Shown here: in pieces, positions 28,701 through 39,556 of the stretch
Layout: every line of letters begins with the position of its first letter
Numbering within the stretch: position 1 is the stretch's first letter
From: Phoronis australis
Taxonomy: Eukaryota; Animalia; Phoronida
Length of the DNA stretch: 64,000 nucleotides
Reading direction: 5' to 3'
Assembly: GCA_002633005.1 (NCBI GenBank)
Contig: NMRA01000412.1
Span: 284,556-348,555, forward strand
Translations under genes and position numbers: made by a program
Notes under the pieces: generated by a model
The model's database searches: none
Told to the model about the DNA's origin: nothing
The model's input: the letters and a program-made list of their open reading frames with translations, nothing else

Positions 28701-31700
28701 GGGTGCGACGATTAATTAAGAAGAGCTACTTGTTGGTTGCCACCATTTTATATGCGCAAAGGTTGCTGGGAAATGTTTTGGTATGCAGGACAATATTTGA
28801 CAACACGCCTGTCAGGCGATGTGTGGGTTTGTGTGAGCCGCTGAAAGGACAATCAGGTACTTTCAATTCAATCTATAATGTACTGCATGTTTTAACTCGC
28901 AGACCTGCAATGTGGTAGCGTGAAAACGTAAAACAAATTTGAGATCAAATTTCAATAATAAGGTACTGCGTGACAATTTTGCGGTATAGAAAAAAAAACG
29001 CATTCTGCCTCAATCCCAAAGTTTCGTCTACAAGTTTTTAGTGAAACGGTCTGACTCAAGCATGTTGATGTCGGAAGCGTCAACCCGTCGCCAATCCTCT
29101 TTGATATATACCCATTGTGTGACGGCTCTCGGCAACCTCAGTATGTGACTGATAAAATTGGTTTGGTATTGTTGACTTTATGAATTTTTCTCACTGTTGG
29201 TATATACGATGCACAAAAGTCAGTTAGATTAACTTAAACTATATAAAAAATGGCTGTCTACGCCCCTGTCTTCGGAGAAATGACTCCCCTATTGTCGAAA
29301 AGCGGAAATTAGAACCAAAGATCATGTAGTAATTTGATGGCGTATTCTAGGAACAAGAAATATTGACTGCTAGTTGGCTATCTCACTTACGTTTAAGATT
29401 CGCCAAGAAAGCTACCTACGTACACCTCTGTGAACAAAATATCACGTGTTGCCACGGGAGGTTCTTTTCAAGTTATTGGCATAGGTTCAACAGGGACTTC
29501 TCTCGTGGACTTGTATGAACCCGTACAAATAATAGACTTAAAGGCAAGTATATCACTCAAACACTTATCCTTACCAATCCGCAACCAGTTGACCTGCATT
29601 TGCTGTCACAAGTTTTGTGTATCAGTAAATGTCTGCTCCTAAGAACAAAGTGGTCATTTTCCTCGGTAAAATATTGAAGACATGTAACTCTGAAAACCTT
29701 GTCGCTTCAACTGTAGACGTTATCGTGGTACCAAACATTTATTTTCTCTACAGAAAAGGAACGAGTAGACCGGGAATATGAATGGTGGAACTTCACAGCA
29801 GTGCGCTAATTAGGCCTGCTCCAATTCAAACTGAAAACTTCAAACTGTGATAACTCAAGTTAGCGGATACGAAGTATCCAATTGAAGCAATCAATTTGCT
29901 CAATTTAATATCACAGGCGTAGACTGACACTGGTCTTGGTTTAATCAGTTTTATTAGACTGTTCTAATTAAATACTTTGAGGTACTGACATCGTTCCCTT
30001 TCATCGAGGTAAGGGCTTTGGTTTTTACAACGTCTTATCGGAAAGAACAATGACAATAATGATGTTTGGTCAAGTTGACTTAACGCGTCACAGATAATCA
30101 GGGGACATATGTTTCATTGGTCGTGTGTAATCTGTACTTAAAAGAACCGACAGTTATTAACTGGCAGCTCATCACGTGCCAGAGAGCGAACTTTGATATT
30201 TACTTAATACCCTATAGTCGATAAAATAAAAAATCGAATGCCGTAGGATGCGAATCTGTGGCTCAGCTTAGTAGCGTGCACGGTTGTTCATCAGTAACGT
30301 GCTAGGATGGTTCGGCCTCGTGCTAGGTTTTTAATTACGCATACGCGGCCCCTGCCTTCAATATGGGGGTTCGAATTCCTGACTTTGTGGACCTTTTGAA
30401 AACAAAAAAACGGTCGGACTAAAAAAACGAGAGCACCACTTGGAATTGCACGTTTGCGCATGTTTAATGGAATTATGCCTCATTTTCTCGGATTTTTGGT
30501 TCTCGGAGGCGGACCTTTTTGCCCCTTGGGTGCGCGCATGTTACGTCATCTCTTTGCTAGATGTTCCTCGTGTATTATCTTACATCGTGCATTCTCAATA
30601 CAGGTCGTGAGCACGTTTTATGAAAACTCGACGGTGACCCTGCAGTGGACAGCGGTTGGAGACGATCTCGACCAAGGAACAGGTAAGAATTTCGGCCACG
30701 GTCATTCTCAACCCTGGTTTAGCAGATTAAAATTCTTCGCTTTGCAGTTGGTTAAAATATCGTTCCCAGATCGATAATACATTCAGATCCAAGGTACTTC
30801 TTGGATCCTGTAACAACATTTGTACGGCGATATGTTACAGTGGAAGATCTAGGATACCATAAGGGGGGGCTACATGCTGCCTCGGGGAATCGGCGACTGT
30901 ATGTGCACAGGCGACCAGAAAGTTGAGGGGGCCGGAGATTTCAGTGGACCTCCAGTTCANAAATCGAATGCCGTAGGATGCGAATCTGTGGCTCAGCTTA
31001 GTAGCGTGCACGGTTGTTCTTCAGTAACGTGCTAGGATGGTTCTGCCTCTTGCTAGGTTTTTAATTACGCATACGCGCCCCCAGCCTTCAATATGGGGCT
31101 TCCAATTCCTGACTTTGTGGACCTTTTGATAACAAAAAACGGTCGGACTAAAAAAACGGGAGCACCACTTGGAATTGCACGTTTGCGCATGTTTAATGGA
31201 ATTATGCCTCATTTTCTCGGATTTTTGGTTCTCAGAGCCGGACCTTTTTGCCCCTTGGGTGCGCGCATGTTACGTCATCTCTTCGCTAGATGTTCCTCGT
31301 GTATTATCTTACATCGTGCATTCTCAATACAGGTCGTGAGCACGTTTTATGAAAACTCGACGGTGACCCTGCAGTGGACAGCGGTTGGAGACGATCTCGA
31401 CCAAGGAACAGGTAAGAATTTCGGCCACGGTCATACTCAACCCTGGTTTAGCAGATTAAAATCATTCGCTTTGCAGTTGGTTAAAATATCGTTCCCAGAT
31501 CGACAATACATTCAGATCCAAAGTACTTCTTGGATCCTGTAACAACATTTGTACGGCGATATGTTACAGTGGAAGATCTAGGCTACCATAAGGGGGGGCT
31601 ACATGCTGCCTCGGGGAATCGGCGACTGTATGTGCACAGGCGACCAGAAAGTTGAGGGGGCCGGAGATTTCAGTGGACCTCCAGTTCAAAAAGTCTGTCG

Positions 31701-33391
31701 GTGGACTAAAAAAAAAAAAAAAAAAAAAAACGGGAACACGATTTCTCCGCAATCTGTGGTCTGAGCCCCTCCCTCATCCGCTACCGGTCCTACATGTAGT
31801 TACTGAGCTCAATATTTCCTCACACTTCACGCTGTTGCTGTTTCATTTTGCTTGCGGCAGCCAAGGGGGGGGGTCACTTGGCCCCCTCTAAATCCGCTGT
31901 TGTGTCATCATGAAGTAGAGTAATATTCATCGTCCAATTGAGATTTCTGTCGCTTCCTAATCCGGCCTTTACAAATGACAATCGGACGGGTTTCGTTCAT
32001 CTTAGAAGTCAATTTGGCCCACGTTGGAAATTCAGTTAGTGCCTGGCCTCTACAGGATAATCTGTGTTTACTGCTATGTCAGTATTAACACATACGTCAA
32101 GGTTTTTCGATGCCGTTTCGTAACGGGCTTCAAATTCTGTTGCCGCGTGACTTTGGTGAACAGCATAGTGGAAAAGGCGCACTTAGTTACAATTCCCTTT
32201 TCTAACCCCTGGCACGTACATGTATATGTGCGTGACTGTGCTTGCACTTGTGAAGATAGAGAAGGTAAAACCCATCCTTCAAGAAAAATAATCCTTCACA
32301 GGAAAACAGGTCGTGAAACAGTCATCCATTTGAGCGGCTCACCACGTTCGAACCTCACCTATGCTAGCACACAGGTTCCTGCGTCCGGAAGCCACCTACA
32401 GTATAAGGAGTTTAATAATTCACCGCCTGGCGCATTTGATATCAGGTATTCACGTGGGGCCCTCGTCCTATGCAAGAACGCCACTATAATGTTGGATAGG
32501 AGCCTGTTCTGTATTGCAAAAGGCTTGCAACTGAGTGTTGACGTTTAAGGGAACATGTGTAGCATAGTCTTGCGTTAGAAAGGGTTGCGCCATCTTGGTA
32601 AATTTGCAAGAAATGAACTCAACGGAAAGCAGCTCATATTTTGTTCTCTAGTCGTTCACATAGCAAAAGGATTCTTTCAGCATTCAAAACAGCTAGGGAT
32701 GCCGAGCCTCCTTTCGTTTTATAGATGCTTTAATTGACATTATTATTATGAAAGGACAGTGATTAGGTTTTCAGGTGTTATATTTCCTTCTTTAACAATA
32801 TTTTTGCATTATTTTGCAGCTGCCAGATACGACCTTCGCTTGGATACAAGCTTGAAGAAATTAAGGGAAAACTTCACTTCGAGCCGTCCAGTGAACCAAT
32901 CATTTATATTATACGGTAATATCTCCCAGCCACAATTGGCAGGAACAATGGAGTCTTTTGTCATAAATTTGACTACTTTGCCGAAAGAAGTTACATACTT
33001 CTTTGCTGTTAAAGCTATTGACGATGTAGGTAAAACCAGCCTCATCTCTAACATTGCCCCAACAGCTTTCACCAGAAGAAGCGTACAGCAAACAACGACA
33101 ATGACGATCCCGACGACGCAGACAGCAAAGCAAAGCCTCCCGTTGTCGACAACTCAACACCAAGAAGTTCTCTCGACTCCCACCACCAACGGTGCTCTGT
33201 CAACAGAGGTTATGGTACTTTTGATATTAGGATCGGTGATAGCTGTTGGTGTGTTCGTTACGGCTGCCTTTGTTTTCATAAGAAAACACATAAAGCGCAA
33301 AAGAACTCAAGAATCGTCGAAAAATGAATCAGTTGCGGCACACGACAATAGGGCTTATGAAGGGATTGATTTCTCGCAAAGACAAGTGTAA
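1793..33391 (+). CDS. CLCA: CLCA-like calcium-activated chloride channel regulator / zinc metalloprotease, gene A (spliced; ~953 aa as assembled, one exon missing)
   Basis: Exons: 1793-1795 (ATG, inferred), 3575-3751, 6533-6672, 6820-6983, 7643-7788, [exon absent], 11766-11898, 12540-12658 (copy 13164-13282), 15643-15864, 19383-19667, 20696-21062, 26918-27058, 27774-27941, 29398-29543, 30604-30682 (copy 31333-31411), 32820-33391. Phases are consistent. CLCA motifs seen: LFVATRRRAYLGNVTILVPASW, PYVVQPGRCGEPG, HEFGHLRWGLFDEY, HNDEAPNKHNKLCQGRSQWEIL, VFVIDVSGSM, LLSDG, DNGAGADTTKGDGIYSGYF, LQWTAVGDDLDQG, YFFAVKAID..SNIA, then a TM segment. Confidence 0.92.
3575..3751 (+). CDS. CLCA gene A exon: signal peptide and N-terminus
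   Basis: cag|GADRVVIRAVIFSCTLIFSTTVYERNAYRLVDNRYGDLLIAISDKVSQDKRVNLIENIK|gtatgg; homologous to gene B 61761-61919. Confidence 0.85.
6533..6672 (+). CDS. CLCA gene A exon
   Basis: cag|ETFSNFSRALFVATRRRAYLGNVTILVPASWNGNVNWEQSGTETFNR|gtaag; 140 nt, same length as in gene B. Confidence 0.92.
6820..6983 (+). CDS. CLCA gene A exon
   Basis: ANVIVVKSRNSENYRINDPYVVQPGRCGEPGKYMRLSYKFL...DIG|gtaagg. Confidence 0.92.
7643..7788 (+). CDS. CLCA gene A exon with HExxH zinc-metalloprotease motif
   Basis: GKAILHEFGHLRWGLFDEYAVFQEGESDFYPSVDANGSSVHAVVKCSKM|gtatga; not shown in the ORF track. Confidence 0.95.
8807..9066. mobile_element. MITE-like insertion (CATGCGCG-ended family)
   Basis: Ends gatgcgcgcagcc / gggtccgcgcatg, flanked by acacg/acacc. 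Absent at the homologous position in the gene B intron (~58530). Internal atataggggg-ctcgaattt motif is shared with 30340-30540 and ~2817. Confidence 0.6.
9261..10677. repeat. Direct duplication 9261-9798 / 10145-10677 around n at 10144
   Basis: Near-identical ~535-bp copies; copy 2 starts immediately after the n. Confidence 0.85.
11766..11898 (+). CDS. CLCA gene A exon (Cys-rich region)
   Basis: cag|TTTFCDNDTSNPATLHNDEAPNKHNKLCQGRSQWEILRDHEDFS|gtaag. Confidence 0.93.
12540..12658 (+). CDS. CLCA gene A exon, start of VWA domain (MIDAS DxSxS); copy 1
   Basis: NANPPIDEDVKMDTTPQFRIMQKGASRLVFVIDVSGSMA|gtatgt. Confidence 0.85.
13164..13282 (+). CDS. CLCA gene A VWA-start exon; copy 2 (probably the other haplotype)
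   Basis: Near-identical to 12540-12658 (E>D, T>S); the copies are separated by n at 12848. Confidence 0.7.
15643..15864 (+). CDS. CLCA gene A exon (VWA)
   Basis: GSKIEHAKQTAIEAIEMYESDTNIGVVKFTSTA...LRADGRTSIGSGIRKGIN|gtaagt. Confidence 0.93.
16483..16726. mobile_element. Degenerate MITE (possibly Harbinger/Tourist-like)
   Basis: Imperfect TIRs gcccattctaagaaaactgactta / taagccagtttcttggagctggtc, with an AT-rich, cttaag-rich interior. Confidence 0.45.
17459..17903. mobile_element. Foldback element: ~210-bp inverted arms with a ~20-nt loop
   Basis: 17459-17670 is the near-perfect reverse complement of 17691-17903 (e.g. taaatcaattactggacttacg...gccactgaggtgtcacgtgactcgtca versus tgacgagtcacgtgacacctcagtggc...cgtaagtccagtaattgattta). 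Confidence 0.88.
19383..19667 (+). CDS. CLCA gene A exon (VWA C-terminal part)
   Basis: VLRNAGSPRGGRLILLSDG...LASETGG...SLADAF...FVK|gtacaa. Confidence 0.93.
19826..19895. repeat. (GA)n microsatellite running into an N gap
   Basis: gagagagaga... followed by nnnnnnnn at 19888-19895. Confidence 0.95.
20696..21062 (+). CDS. CLCA gene A exon (beta-sheet-rich region)
   Basis: LFGETL...IFIDDSLGKDTAF...IPVPGIAETGTWT...LDFS|gtatgt. Confidence 0.93.
22540..24993 (-). mobile_element. Degenerate DIRS/Ngaro-type tyrosine-recombinase retrotransposon (RT, RNase H, YR) in a gene A intron
   Basis: Frameshifted minus-strand fragments. RT: RLIHNFSYP..SVNS, MAKTD.KD.F, YYDRCLPVGCASSC..FEK, YLDNFF. VTLRDLQSLIGLLN..RAFLRRL. 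RNase H: LYSDAAG, HIHG..VADSLFR. YR: AMFLLAFHAFLRVGEF and RIGRWKSDAIQTY (~22770-22810). Boundaries are approximate. Confidence 0.9.
25692..26627 (-). mobile_element. Second copy of the DIRS RT segment (part of the 24036-25690 / 25692-26979 duplication around n at 25691)
   Basis: Near-identical to 24036-24993, with a ~21-bp and a ~355-bp indel. Confidence 0.85.
26918..27058 (+). CDS. CLCA gene A exon
   Basis: DPNSSPALIIYATLTKGDLPVVDAKVSALVE...LLDNGAG|gtaagg; a truncated copy at 25629-25690 ends at n. Confidence 0.92.
27774..27941 (+). CDS. CLCA gene A exon
   Basis: GADTTKGDGIYSGYFINITGDGGYSVKVKVKDSSGKVKSSNAGQNLPDVCFLTGKC|gtaaga. The end is supported by synonymous differences from gene B (VCFLTGRC) and by phase. 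Confidence 0.88.
29398..29543 (+). CDS. CLCA gene A exon ending at a GC donor
   Basis: DSPRKLPTYTSVNKISRVATGGSFQV...DLYEPVQIIDLK|gcaagt. Confidence 0.88.
30340..30540. mobile_element. MITE (CATGCGCG-ended family; copy at 31070-31269)
   Basis: TIRs catacgcggccc / gggtgcgcgcatg, flanked by the 5-bp direct repeat ttacg. Confidence 0.65.
30604..30682 (+). CDS. CLCA gene A FN3 exon; copy 1
   Basis: cag|VVSTFYENSTVTLQWTAVGDDLDQGT|gtaaga. Confidence 0.85.
31333..31411 (+). CDS. CLCA gene A FN3 exon; copy 2 (probable haplotype duplicate)
   Basis: Identical exon to 30604-30682, with n at 30960 between the copies. Confidence 0.7.
31567..31902. mobile_element. MITE-like element with cagtgg..gatctag / ctaaatccgctgttg termini and G-runs
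   Basis: Imperfect TIRs with subterminal ggggggg/cccccc runs. A similar end occurs at ~4490-4530. Confidence 0.5.
32820..33391 (+). CDS. CLCA gene A last coding exon (FN3, Thr-rich stalk, TM, cytoplasmic tail)
   Basis: AARYDLR...YFFAVKAIDDVGKTSLISNIA...VMVLLILGSVIAVGVFVTAAFVFI-RKHIKRKR...HDNRAYEGIDFSQRQV*. Confidence 0.93.
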
Positions 33392-35269
33392 ACACCCCTG
33401 GACCTATTTGGCGTTTAACTACCGCCCTTGTAAAGTGAACAACAAACGATGACAACGCCACTATCTATTTGCGTGAGTTAAATATATGTGCTTTTCTTTC
33501 GAAGGCGCAAAAAGTACAGATTAAACTAGAAAGATTTCGTCAAAAAGTGACAATAATGATTCTCCGCCAGTGGGAACATTTGGATCGTTTACATTGTTCC
33601 CGGTGGCTTGTGCACCATCGCACAACAATCATGCTGAATTGCAGATGTTTAACTGTTAGCACAGTAGAATAGAAACGGGATAAAAAGATTACAAAAGAAT
33701 ATTGTACATGGTAATTAGCACTAAATCTTTACAGCTTTATTTACCTGTCTTTTTGGTAAATCTGAAACGATGCGCATTTTGGATACCCTGCGTTTTGCGA
33801 GGGAACGCATAAAATTGCGAGAGAGCGCAAAATACTTGCCAGGGACGCAAAAATCTTGAAGTTCTTTAGCAGCTCCCTAAAACCTACAATATTTGATAAT
33901 AAAATAGCACTATTATGTGTTTTCTATATTCATGATACGATTGCGTGCAGTGCTAGTATTACATAAACACGACTGTCAATTTTAATTTGAATAAGTACAT
34001 TATGTTCATATTTAATATTAGAATCGGTAGTCTTTTAGATACACTCCATCATGCTTGGATATGTACATCGTTTTAAAACTGTATTGATAACTTACCTAAT
34101 AACAGCCTTTTCTCAGACGTTGTAATTGCATTCTTGATAGTAATATAAATAAACTAACTCTTGTTTTTATCTTTTGATTGTTATTTCCAACCAAAGACGA
34201 ATGGGAATTTCGTCCGCTCGTTATTCTGTGTTCTGAGTGGGTATCGAACAAAGATTCATTAAGGAATTTGGCATTTTGGGATTCGATCATACACAGAGAA
34301 TCCTACACTCGTCTCAGGTTCATCACATGGGCAAAACTTCTTGGAAATTTTGTCAAAATCCTGAGGCTTGCAAAGGAATTTTGACGAAATTTCCACGAGG
34401 TTGGGCCCATGCCATAAGTCTGAGACGAGTGTAGGATTTGCTTTCTCACACGAGCCGTAAAAATGATCTTTTTTGCTGAAAATTTCGACTTGTCTAAAAC
34501 TTTCAGCCACACGACGCAACCTTTGTAAAAACACGATTGCGCAATGTAAAGTGACTTTGTTACTTTTTGTTAATATGTTCAGTGTTTGATTGCCGCGCGT
34601 CCGGTTGTTTTAGTGTTTTTGCAGACGATAAAGTGTAAGGTGTATGGATTTTCACTATGCACTACTTTGTGATTTCCCCATATAATATCAAAAAATACGT
34701 ACTCGGTGTCATGAACCAGTTATGCCGTAACACATTCCAGGTCACGTGAGAAATTGTATTTCCTGAGTTTTTGCGAATTGGGATTTATACCACGCACCTG
34801 TTAGGTAAACATGTAGGTCTGGGTGCCACTCCTACAATTCTCAACGGACTTCGACCAAAACTATCAAGAAGGTATAACCATTTCCAATGACATTTCCGAT
34901 CATTTTCATTTGCTTATCACTCATTGCATTATTCCCATGATTCAGTTTGTCATTATTGATGAGTGTAAACTGAAACATGTTAAAGATACATTACCGACCA
35001 TTTACAGTGTATGTCACTTGCATACTTTTAATAAGTTATTAAAATATTTTTCTGATTTGACACACCTACAAACAAAATGAATGACTTACGAACTTAGAAT
35101 AAAATTCACATGTAATATAAGTTAATTTTTTGAATTTTCATTTCCAACTGCGTTGTGTAAATTCAAATTTTTATTAAATTCATATGTATGATGTACGATA
35201 ACAGCCAGTGCAACCACAAGCGAAATTCCATAAGTGACGTCGCCCAAGATTTTGTATCGGTTATAATTG

Positions 35270-35990
35270 GGGTCTGAGGAAGGCATCAGTGTTGCATTGT
35301 TACAAGAAGGTAGGCCTATTGCTTATGTGTCAAGAGCTCTGACACTTACAAGGGCTGGGTATGTGGGAATGTCTTGCCGTTGTGTACGGTCTCGAAATAT
35401 TTCGTCAGTTAGCATTCACGAAAAGAGCCAACGTGATATGTGATATCCCTTACATGTGGTGGCTCAGAAACTCATAGGCAAGTCCGCTAGGCTATTACAG
35501 GGAAATGATCTTGAGAAGACATAACTATGATGTTGACATCAATAGGCATCCTGATCAACGTACGTTTATACTTGACATGCTATCAAGAGCAACCACTCAG
35601 AAACCAACCACTGAGGAAGCGCATTCGTACTGTACACTGTATACATGTAGTTCAGTGACATTGCTTCCAGTATCCCACGATCGACTTACGGAGCTAAAGC
35701 GGTGCAATAAGTCTGATTTAAGCCTTCAATAACTAGCCAATGTCATAAGTAATGGATGGTCTGAGACCATAAAGCGTCTTCTACACTCCTGTCGGGTACT
35801 CTCTAAGTGATGGACTGGTTTTCCGAGGGAAGACAGTTTTAATTTGTCCTTTTTTACATGCGGCCTCAAATGAAGAAGAGTCTCCTTCAAGAACCACATC
35901 TCGGTATTGAAAGTACTTACACATGTACCGTAGTGCACGAGTAAGCTTATACTGGCCAGGAACAACTGAAGAAACAAAAAGATGCTTGCA
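35270..35990 (+). mobile_element. Ty3/Gypsy LTR-retrotransposon pol remnant (RNase H to integrase zinc-finger region)
   Basis: Broken frames read GISVALLQEGRPIAYVSRALT, ECLAVVYGLEIFRQ, MILRRHNYDVDI..HP....ILDMLSRA, DLSLQ*L..VISNGW and LYWPG. Confidence 0.85.
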
Positions 35991-38900
35991 GGACTTGAAA
36001 AGTTCCCACCATGGCCCTCGTGGCTGATCTACGTTTTCAGTAAGGGGGAAGGGTTTAGGATACCCACGAATTCGAGGCACGTAGTGCCAAGCGGGTCAAG
36101 GGGTTCCCCCTTCCGTGATTTTTATATTTTTACAGCTGATTTAGTTTTCCTGACGACGTTGTTTTTAGTTTCTTAATTTTTGATCCTGTCCAGGGGGTAG
36201 GTTTAAACTCCTGTATATGCGCCTCTGATATTTATTAAGTAGAGTTGATCAAAATTTCCCGATTTGAACTTTTAGCGGAAGTGGTTTTGCATATGCGCCA
36301 AAAACCCGTAGCAATAGCGATAAGGAGATTCGTATTCGGGGTTGACTGAAAAACATCATAGATAAATGGAGAAAGGACCAAGTCCAACAATCCAACTCCA
36401 AATTCAAAGCAGTGTTTTAAGTTATTGATTTCTTGTATCTATTTTGATTTCTGCATGACAATGACAGCAATTTGTCTTCTCACTCAGTCATGACTCTCTG
36501 GCATCTGGCTAGACAGTGCCACCGTTGGGGAGGTGAAGCTCTTACATGTGTTTGAAAAGTCACGTTGGTGTTAGTACCCTTTGCGCTTAGAAGGACAACT
36601 TAAACAAATACTCCCGTAACCAAACCTCTTTTCGAGCAGTCTGTCCAGTTTCTGAAATCAGCACTCCTAGCTTACTGCTCTCACCAGGACAGTGTTAAAA
36701 TGCTGAATTGCAGATTTGGGGAACTGAACAAAAGGACTGCTCGATTGGAAGAAAGGAATAATAGGCATCGACGGCTTCCTACTTCTCACCAGGAACATTC
36801 GCATTGTTAAAAATGACCTGTTGCCTATTTGGGCAACTGATGGAAGAACTGCTTGAAAGAAAAGTTTGTTTGCGAGAGTATTCGTTTGAGTTGGAAGGGA
36901 TTAGCCTCACGTCTCTACCGGGGCCAGCTACTGATAATGGTCATTGTCTAGTGTCAGGTAAGTAGTGAAATCGATCACTTACTTGCAAAAACTGAGCTGT
37001 GAGGTTGAGAATATCAAATCAAAAAGCAGTTGTCCATATTTTGATCCACTTTCACCAGTTCACAGTTTTAGGCTCTAGAATCTCTATCATCCCTGTTGTC
37101 AGTGCAAGGAGTTGGAAATCACTGTATTTCAGAACCTTTCATGTCATCGCTTGATGGGGTTGGGATTTGGAGAGGTGGTTAGAGATCATTCTATTCCAGG
37201 ATTTATCAGGTCATCGCTCGAAGGTGTGGGTGACGATTTATCACGAGGATAGACGTCATAGTGTGAATGACAGGTGTGATTGACCAATCAGAATGCTGCA
37301 TTCCGGACACGCTTCCAACAACAGTTCTTGTCGCCATATTGTCCGACAAACATTTAGCGTTGTTGGACAAAACACGTTCAACTACATTGTGCATTCGAAA
37401 TGGTCAAGAGGTATTCTCAAGGTGTGTGTACTTCAGATAGTCGTTATGCCGACAGAGACGAGACTCCTGTCACTTTTTGGCCGTTTCCAAAGCCAAAGAG
37501 TGGCTTTGAAAAGAGCAAACGATGGATTAAACTGTGTGGAAGACCGCAGAAACTGCTTAACCTATCAACAACATAATAATGAACACTCGAAAGCTAAACA
37601 CAAGTATGTGTGTTCTAAGGCATGCACTTTTTTAATGTTCCTTTGCAATATCTGATTTTTTGGCTCCGGATTAGGCTTTTGTTATGTGTTTGTGTCACGT
37701 CGCCGGCCGCCGGTCACTGGTTAATTATGAACTCAAGATATATAAGATAAGAATGGAAACATTCCCCAGTCAACGTGTGTGCTTGTTTTTAGTCTGTCTG
37801 GGGTTATTCACGGTCATTAATTCAAGTCGTAACCAGGATTGGTATTGCTTCAATTAAATCACTTACCTTTGAATGATGCTTCAAAATATTCACAGTCTTT
37901 TCTGAATTTTGTTCCGGATTTGGACGGCGCCGGCGCGACTATCGGTCATCGATCACTGGAGAAGAAATTCTCTTTCAATTTTACTGTTAAACGTTTATTA
38001 CAGTCCTTCGGTACCTACTAAAACGTTCGCTTTGATTTGAGGGAAAAACTATATTAAGTACTTTTTATTATTATTTTATAACCGCATTGTGGAGTTTAAA
38101 CCCTCTAAAACCGACACAGATTTTCAAAACTGCACTCTGACTGAATTCGAAGTCTTGTTCCAGCTGTCCGTATGACAGGAAGCTGTGTGATACTAATGTT
38201 ATTATAAAACGTCAAATTACACATTACTCGTAGAACGGAAAGCGGTCCATTTTATAGCTGATTACGGATATCTTTGTTCTTTCTAAGATTTTAAAGATAT
38301 TCGGAGTTTTTTTTTTCGTCCCATAATATCCACTGGCCACTTTTAGTTTGTCCAGTGCTTCAATCTTTACCATGGTTAGTGAAAACGAGCTGTTGTGATA
38401 CAATGAACAATCAAGCAGTGATGACTTTTGTCCGAAATATTCCCTTGTATTAAAATATCCTTTGGTGCTAATTCAGCATTTCAAAGATGGAAAACCAACG
38501 ACAGAAAATCCCTATCGTCTGCCAGCTTGCCAACATGGCAAGGTCACACCAGTGTGTCCAACTCCAAAATCTCAGGCAACAAGAAGAAAAGGAAGTCTGT
38601 TCATACAATTGTCAAGGTGATCACTCGGTATTTAAAGTATAAGAACAAAGAGCATGTACAATACCAGATGCTTACTCTAGTGGTTGAATATGATGCTACA
38701 TTATGTTGACGTTTATTTTATCTTAAAAGTAACTGTATTCTTGTCAAAATTTCCCAGTGAAACTGTACTTTCTCAAAAGAACTTCAGTGAGCTTCTCAAT
38801 ATAATTAGCGGCAATCACTTCTCAAGTATTTCACATAATTGACATCAAATCTAACCCATCCCATTTTTTCTTTTTCTTTGGCTAGAGAATTCTGAAACTT

Positions 38901-39556
38901 GGCCTTACACTTCCGAACTTGGACTTGATTCAGATGCTGAATCGAAATCTAACTTAACAGGTTAAATGTTCCGAGCACAAAGTGGTGAGTTTTCTGAAAG
39001 TATGGCGTGCAAGTTTTGAGATGAGTTTCGAGTCTCTGGTCCCTGTAAAGGTTGTCCAATATACAGGATTGACGAATCATTTTGCTCTTCGTTATGATTA
39101 TAACTACCACGTACAATTTTTTGTGCTCAAACAAGTTTCCACCTGTAATTCCATGGCTGTGTGTTCTTACGTTAATAAACAAGTTTCGTGTCAATTCGGC
39201 CCTTGGTGGGTCAGCAAATACCGCATATTACAAATCCTAACAGGTACATGTATGAATACACGTCAGCTCTGTCCCGAGGTCACTGCACTGGCTAAAAACA
39301 ACAATTTCCACTGTCTCATGTTGTACTATTCATTGTGCAAACTCAAAACAAAGTCTGAACCAAACCTCACTAAATCACTCACATGGCCAAACATTATACC
39401 ATGTGCAGTGTCGAATGAAAATAATTTCTCAAAAAGAAACATTACAAGCTTATTTAACTCGAACAAGCAACATTTTTTAAAAGATAACACCATTGTCGTC
39501 GTTGGTTGTTTGCCTTCCAAGGGAGTTAGTTTCACGCCAACTTGGTTCTGAAAAGT

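Larger units (their letters stand above)
30231..31688. repeat. Tandem duplication 30231-30959 / 30961-31688 around n at 30960 (includes the FN3 exon)
   Basis: Near-identical ~730-bp copies abutting the n. Confidence 0.9.

Noticed and set aside
32809-33163. Antisense ORFs over CLCA exons (also 19454-19678, 39840-40268, 50545-50742, 55118-55579)
   Set aside because: These are shadow frames of real exons with no independent motifs.
33380-33391. C-terminal PDZ-binding motif (QRQV / QRRV)
   Set aside because: Position -2 is Arg, which does not fit class I (S/T) or class II (hydrophobic) consensus.
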